Source: Candidatus Altiarchaeales archaeon
GTDB taxonomy: Archaea > Altiarchaeota > Altiarchaeia > IMC4 > SCGC-AAA252-I15
DNA length: 64,000 nt
Direction: 5' to 3'
NCBI GenBank assembly: GCA_014727915.1
Contig: WJMO01000005.1
Span: 128,001 to 192,000, forward strand
Shown here piece after piece: positions 60,482 to 64,000 of this stretch. Position numbers and translations under genes: made by a program. The notes beneath the pieces were generated by a model. The model did not search any database, had not been told where the DNA came from, and saw only the letters and a program-made list of their open reading frames with translations. Position 1 is the first letter of the stretch. Each line of letters opens with the position of its first letter.

Positions 60482-61352
60482 CCCTCTTACCTCCTCCGAC
60501 CAACTTGACGAAAGAGTCGAATATGGGAGTGTCGGTCGTCACCGTTATGAAGTCGACGCCTATGTCCTTGCATATCTCGTTCACCTGGGCGTTGTGGTCC
60601 CTTATCTTCTTCGCGTATTCCCTCCTGAAACCCGGGCTGAGGAAGGTCCTCTTAATGTCGCCGGTCTCCAGGTCCTGGAATTTGATGTCGTCCCTCCACC
60701 CCAGGTCCAGCTCCCACGGGTCCAGCACCTGCACGAGGAGCATCTCCTTGCTGTGCTTCGCCATCCGGTATATGCCCTCTGTGATGGATTCCATGTCCTC
60801 GATGAAGTCCGATATGATTATGCTGAACGACTTGGACTTTATCACCTTGCTGTACTGTGCGGCGCAGACTCCCAGGTCGGTGCCGCCGGTCAGTTTTATC
60901 CGGTTGAACAGGTCTATGACGTTGAACAGGTGGGCTCTGCTCTTCTTTGCCTGTGTAAGCTCCCTTATGGTGTCCGAGTACAGTCCGGTGGCGAACTTCT
61001 CGTGGTTGTGGACCGCGAGGAACCCGAACCCTGCCGCGATGCTCCCAGCATAGTCGAACTTGTGCATACCCCCGACCTTGAAGTCCATGCTGGAGCTGCT
61101 GTCCACGAGTATGTGTATTATCAGGTTCTTCTCCTCCTCGAACCTCCTTATGTACAGCTTCTCCGTTCGGCCGTAGACGCGCCAGTCGATGAGCCGGAAG
61201 TCGTCTCCGGGGATGTACTCCCTGTAGTCTACGACCTCTATGCCTTTGCCATGCTTTATGGATGGCCGGCCTCCGGCGTATACGCTGGACACCTTCTGGC
61301 GTATGATGAAGTTCAGCTCCTTGAGCTCGTCTAGGAAGGACGGGTCTATCAA
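60474..61352 (-). CDS. DUF58 domain protein
   Basis: G.GIE..DYREYIPGDDFRLIDWRVYGRTEKLYIRRFEEE, LVDSSSSM, IISDF, VLDPWE. Confidence 0.93.
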   Translation of the reverse strand: MIDPSFLDELKELNFIIRQKVSSVYAGGRPSIKHGKGIEVVDYREYIPGDDFRLIDWRVYGRTEKLYIRRFEEEKNLIIHILVDSSSSMDFKVGGMHKFDYAGSIAAGFGFLAVHNHEKFATGLYSDTIRELTQAKKSRAHLFNVIDLFNRIKLTGGTDLGVCAAQYSKVIKSKSFSIIISDFIEDMESITEGIYRMAKHSKEMLLVQVLDPWELDLGWRDDIKFQDLETGDIKRTFLSPGFRREYAKKIRDHNAQVNEICKDIGVDFITVTTDTPIFDSFVKLVGGGKRGG

Positions 61353-61362
61353 TTTGGCCCAC

Positions 61363-62415
61363 CTACACTTCTTTCAGTATCTGGGTTATGACGTCGTCGC
61401 TGCTCATCCCCTTGCGTTCGCTCTCGAAGTTGAGGATTATCCTGTGCCTTAGCACCGGGAAGGCGGTCGCCTTTATGTCCTCTTTCGCCACGTAGTTCCT
61501 GCCCTGCAACAGCGCCCGGGCCTTGGAGGCCAGCACCAAGCCGATGCTCGCCCTCGGAGACGCTCCGTAGTCGAGGAACTGGGCTGCCGCGTTCTTGCCC
61601 TTAGGCCGTGTGGCCGCGACTATCCTCAGCGCGTACTCGCGGACCTCCCCTGATATGGGCATCTTCTTCGTGAGGTCCTGGATCGCCAATACATGCTCCC
61701 GCTTCATCAGCTTGTTCACCAATGGCGTGAACTCCCCCGAGTAGAGCTCGACGATCTTGTCCTCCTCCTGTATGTTCGGGTAGTCCACCATGATCTTAAG
61801 CAGGAAACGGTCCACCTGCGCCTCCGGCAGCGGGTAGGTCCCTTCCATCTCCAACGGGTTCTGGGTCGCCAGCACGAAGAAAGGCCTGTCCAATTTGTGG
61901 GTGGTGTTGCCCATGGTCACCTGCCGCTCCTGCATGCTCTCCAGCAGCGACGACTGGGACTTGGGAGTGGCACGGTTTATCTCGTCGGCCAAGAGTATGT
62001 TGGTGAACACCGGACCCTCCTCGAACCTGAACTTCTTACGGCCCGAAGCGTCCTCTTCTACTATGTAGGTTCCCGTGACGTCCGACGGCATAAGGTCAGG
62101 GGTGCACTGTATCCTGCGGAACTTCAAGTCCATGATGCTTGCGAGCGTCCTGACCATCATGGTCTTGCCCAGGCCAGGGAAACCCTCCAGGAGGGCGTGG
62201 TTGTCGGTGAAGATCGCTATCATCAGCTGTTCCAAAACGTCCTCCTGACCGACTATGACCTTGCCCACTTCCTTCTTGATGTCTGCGTATGTGTCCTTCA
62301 TCTGCGAGTAGACCTTCTTCAGGTCCACGCTGTCCTCACCGCGTCTAGACGCCCTCTTGGGCTCGTCAACGGCGCTGTCCCACAAGCTCTTGCCCCCGGT
62401 TGCCATATGTATCAC
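61363..62415 (-). CDS. moxR: MoxR family AAA+ ATPase
   Basis: IVGQ, LLEGFPGLGKT, RIQCTPDLMPSD, LADEINRA.PK.QS.LLE.MQE, ATQNP.E.EGTYPLPEAQ.DRF, GASPRA, LRHRI. Confidence 0.96.
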   Translation of the reverse strand: MIHMATGGKSLWDSAVDEPKRASRRGEDSVDLKKVYSQMKDTYADIKKEVGKVIVGQEDVLEQLMIAIFTDNHALLEGFPGLGKTMMVRTLASIMDLKFRRIQCTPDLMPSDVTGTYIVEEDASGRKKFRFEEGPVFTNILLADEINRATPKSQSSLLESMQERQVTMGNTTHKLDRPFFVLATQNPLEMEGTYPLPEAQVDRFLLKIMVDYPNIQEEDKIVELYSGEFTPLVNKLMKREHVLAIQDLTKKMPISGEVREYALRIVAATRPKGKNAAAQFLDYGASPRASIGLVLASKARALLQGRNYVAKEDIKATAFPVLRHRIILNFESERKGMSSDDVITQILKEV

Positions 62416-62447
62416 TTCAAAACTATTTATTGTATATCGTATTAAAG

Positions 62448-63419
62448 TCAGGTCTCTGGAAGTATCTTCTCGAAGTACCTCCTAACCACCTCCTCGTGCT
62501 CTGGGCCTATAACGCACTCCTCGCACTCCTCCGCTGACTGTACCTCCTCAAGGTTGAACTCGTTCCTCCGCGCAGTGCCCCCAGTCTCCCTTATCTCGAT
62601 CTCCCCCCCGTATTCCGGGTGCAGTCGGAAGTCCACGTCATCGCCCAATATGTTCGCAGCCGACGCCTCGCCGTAGATGTCTTCGAGAGCGTCCGCGCCA
62701 ACTCCCCCGCCTGTGCCTGGCAGGGGGCCTTCGCTGACGCCCGGGCGTTCGCCTCCCGATTCAGCCCCGAGCTTCTCCTCGTCCTCTCCGGTGAGGTTGC
62801 TCTGCTCCCACCTGTCCCCCATCAGGGTGTCGAACTCGCTGCCGGTCTTGCCTGCCACATCCGATATCCTGTTCTGGATGTCTGGGTCGCTCAGTATGAA
62901 ATCCAGCGAGTCGAAGGCCACCGACCTGAGGTCCAAGACTATGGTCGTCAAAAGCACGAAGGCCAGTATTATCACCGCGTAGATCCTCTTGGACAGTGTC
63001 CGAGTGTCAAGGAACGTGCTGGATTCCACGTCGTCCATGCGCCTGCTCACATCGGACATAAGGTCTTCGACGATTATGTTACTCGTTCCCCTGTATTCCA
63101 TCGCAGTCTGGAGGCGCTCCCCCAGGTTGTCGTAGCTGCTCCCAATCCGCCTTATTATGTCGCTCCTCCTGTACTCCTTCACCAGCTGCAGCAGCGCGAA
63201 CAAAAGCGCCGCAGGCAAAGGCATCAGGAAGGCCCTGCTTAGCATGGGAAGCCCAAAACCTAAAACCTCCACTCTGGTCATGTGGAAGCTGAAACCGAGG
63301 AAATGCAGGGCTATCATCACCGGCAGGTAGCCTATGAAGAAGTCTATGGCTGTCTTATACAGTCTGATGCCCCAGACCACGGCTTTTGCCTCGGTTACTT
63401 TGCTGTCTAATGCGGCCAA
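62448..63419 (-). CDS. Membrane protein of MoxR cluster with acidic C-terminal tail
   Basis: TM helices, L.ERL.TA motif, C-terminal EEVVRRYFEKI. Confidence 0.75.
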   Translation of the reverse strand: MAALDSKVTEAKAVVWGIRLYKTAIDFFIGYLPVMIALHFLGFSFHMTRVEVLGFGLPMLSRAFLMPLPAALLFALLQLVKEYRRSDIIRRIGSSYDNLGERLQTAMEYRGTSNIIVEDLMSDVSRRMDDVESSTFLDTRTLSKRIYAVIILAFVLLTTIVLDLRSVAFDSLDFILSDPDIQNRISDVAGKTGSEFDTLMGDRWEQSNLTGEDEEKLGAESGGERPGVSEGPLPGTGGGVGADALEDIYGEASAANILGDDVDFRLHPEYGGEIEIRETGGTARRNEFNLEEVQSAEECEECVIGPEHEEVVRRYFEKILPET

Positions 63420-63420
63420 C

Positions 63421-63999
63421 CTAGGACCCCTTCATCTTATTGGTTAGGGTGTACAGTTCGGTGATAAGGCTCTTGATGTCGTTGACTGCGTTGTTTATCT
63501 TGATGGCTTCCTCTTCGATGTCGCTCGCGGTGTTCCTTATGGAAGAGTTCTCGCTGCTGGTCCTGATGTTGCCCGCCCAGTCGTCTATGTTGTCCGCCTT
63601 GCTGTTCATCTCGTTTATTCTGCTGCTTATCTCGTCCAGTTTCGTCTCCATGTCGAGGGCATCCCCCTTCATCCTGGTTATCTTGTTGTTGGCGACCACC
63701 AGGTCCTGGTGTTCCTTGTCGTATTTGTCCTTGTACTCCTGGCTTTCAGAGTAGTACTTGTCCGACAACGCGGCATACCTGTTCCTCTCCTCCAGGGTGC
63801 TGTTGAGGTCGCTCTCGAGGTTTGTCGCCTTGTCCTCCAATTCGTCGAAGTGGGTTCCGAGGCTCTTCTCCCTCTGCCGGGACAGGTTTATCTCGCTGAT
63901 GTACTCCATCAGCCTGCGCTCCCGGTCCATCAGGTCTGCCTCCAACATTGTGAGGTTATTCTGGGTGTCGTTCAATGCCCTGCTGAACTCGCTTACGTT
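63421..63999 (-). CDS. Coiled-coil protein, 5' truncated by window edge
   Basis: Frame open to window end; heptad-rich; stop abuts next gene. Confidence 0.75.
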   Translation of the reverse strand, partial: NVSEFSRALNDTQNNLTMLEADLMDRERRLMEYISEINLSRQREKSLGTHFDELEDKATNLESDLNSTLEERNRYAALSDKYYSESQEYKDKYDKEHQDLVVANNKITRMKGDALDMETKLDEISSRINEMNSKADNIDDWAGNIRTSSENSSIRNTASDIEEEAIKINNAVNDIKSLITELYTLTNKMKGS

Positions 64000-64000
64000 C

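Noticed and set aside
44390-61362. Long antisense or alternate-frame ORFs (e.g. 44390-45418, 56757-57848, 60405-61334, 60652-61362)
   Set aside because: Shadow ORFs of GC3-rich genes, fully overlapping well-supported CDSs and without motifs.

Overview
Archaeal chromosomal window, GC-rich, with a DPANN/Altiarchaeota-like gene repertoire (lineage is inference only). It contains a complete A/V-type ATP synthase operon (I-K-E-C-F-A-B-D) with an NtpK-like, probably Na+-binding c subunit and two extra coupled genes. It also carries branched-chain amino acid and His genes (ilvC, ilvB, cimA-leuC-leuD, leuB, hisF), translation and RNA-modification genes (gatB, tyrS, infB, bud32, Trm11-like, NOL1/NOP2, beta-CASP, an N-terminal-only dph2), a 7-PAS histidine kinase/receiver/membrane DUF835-wHTH signalling operon, several Cys-rich surface proteins, and a MoxR-DUF58-vWA operon. 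No tRNA, rRNA, CRISPR array, integrase or transposase was seen. The most unusual signals are: (1) about eight orphan genes scattered singly among housekeeping genes that share basic/Pro-rich N-terminal leaders, several carrying degenerate borrowed enzyme folds (PTS Enzyme I, MTase-kinase-MTase, GXGXG) and some sharing a TTCC(C)AG(A)TAT element before the ATG; (2) a tandem pair of Mrr-like paralogues with complementary catalytic defects; (3) candidate RNA-level control elements before ilvB, cimA (Ile-rich leader peptide) and hisF (a 38-bp duplicated gene start around hairpins). All calls come from motif recognition by eye; no searches were run.
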